Source: a virus (Duplodnaviria > Caudoviricetes). From it: DNA of 64,000 nucleotides. The notes below the pieces were generated by a model that was given only the letters and a program-made list of their open reading frames with translations, was not told the DNA's origin and searched no databases. Where the stretch lies: IMG/VR virus record IMGVR_UViG_3300028887_000103, positions 16,373 to 80,372 of that record. One strand, 5' to 3'. The translations under genes were made by a program, and so were the position numbers. Shown in pieces: positions 63,972 through 64,000 of this stretch. Positions within the stretch are counted from its first letter, which is position 1. Each line of letters opens with the position of its first letter.

Positions 63972-64000
63972 GTTAGCAGAAAGTGGAACGATTTTGTTGA

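Noticed and set aside
1-64000. Integrated prophage boundaries, integrase or repressor
   Set aside because: No host housekeeping genes, att-like repeats or recombinase motifs were recognised. Lifestyle cannot be determined from this window.

Overview
The window is ~64 kb of an AT-rich tailed (siphovirus-like) phage genome. No host genes, integrase, DNA polymerase or major capsid gene are recognisable. Order: tail module (tape measure, Dit, multi-domain tail/hub, three tail-tip paralogs), holin and endolysin; small early genes; a minus-strand RNA-repair/recombination block (RNA ligase, phosphoesterase, YqaJ exonuclease, Sak-like annealase); replication initiator; an RNA island at 23.8-24.6 kb (two structured ncRNA candidates, an atypical tRNA-CAT, a 107-nt tmRNA-like RNA reduced to its tRNA-like domain, then an HNH gene); RusA, exonuclease, PNK, glycan enzymes, SSB; a 7-deazaguanine-type modification cluster at 32.2-39.3 kb (YhhQ, QueF-like, two DpdA/TGT-like paralogs, three ParB-N proteins, glycosyltransferase, HAD-QueC fusion); more small genes; terminase; DHFR; a stand-alone NrdD glycyl-radical-like domain; and a head region. 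The strongest candidate for a new system is a 22-aa Gly-rich tag (N-GGKGSGNFGHxGRPGxVGGSG) found nine times, with synonymously diverged codons, in three proteins. It separates unrelated domains, including putative ADP-ribosyltransferase and zincin domains inside a 1587-aa portal-MuF fusion. This suggests protease-processed, capsid-loaded effector polyproteins. All functional calls come from motif recognition by eye; no searches were run.
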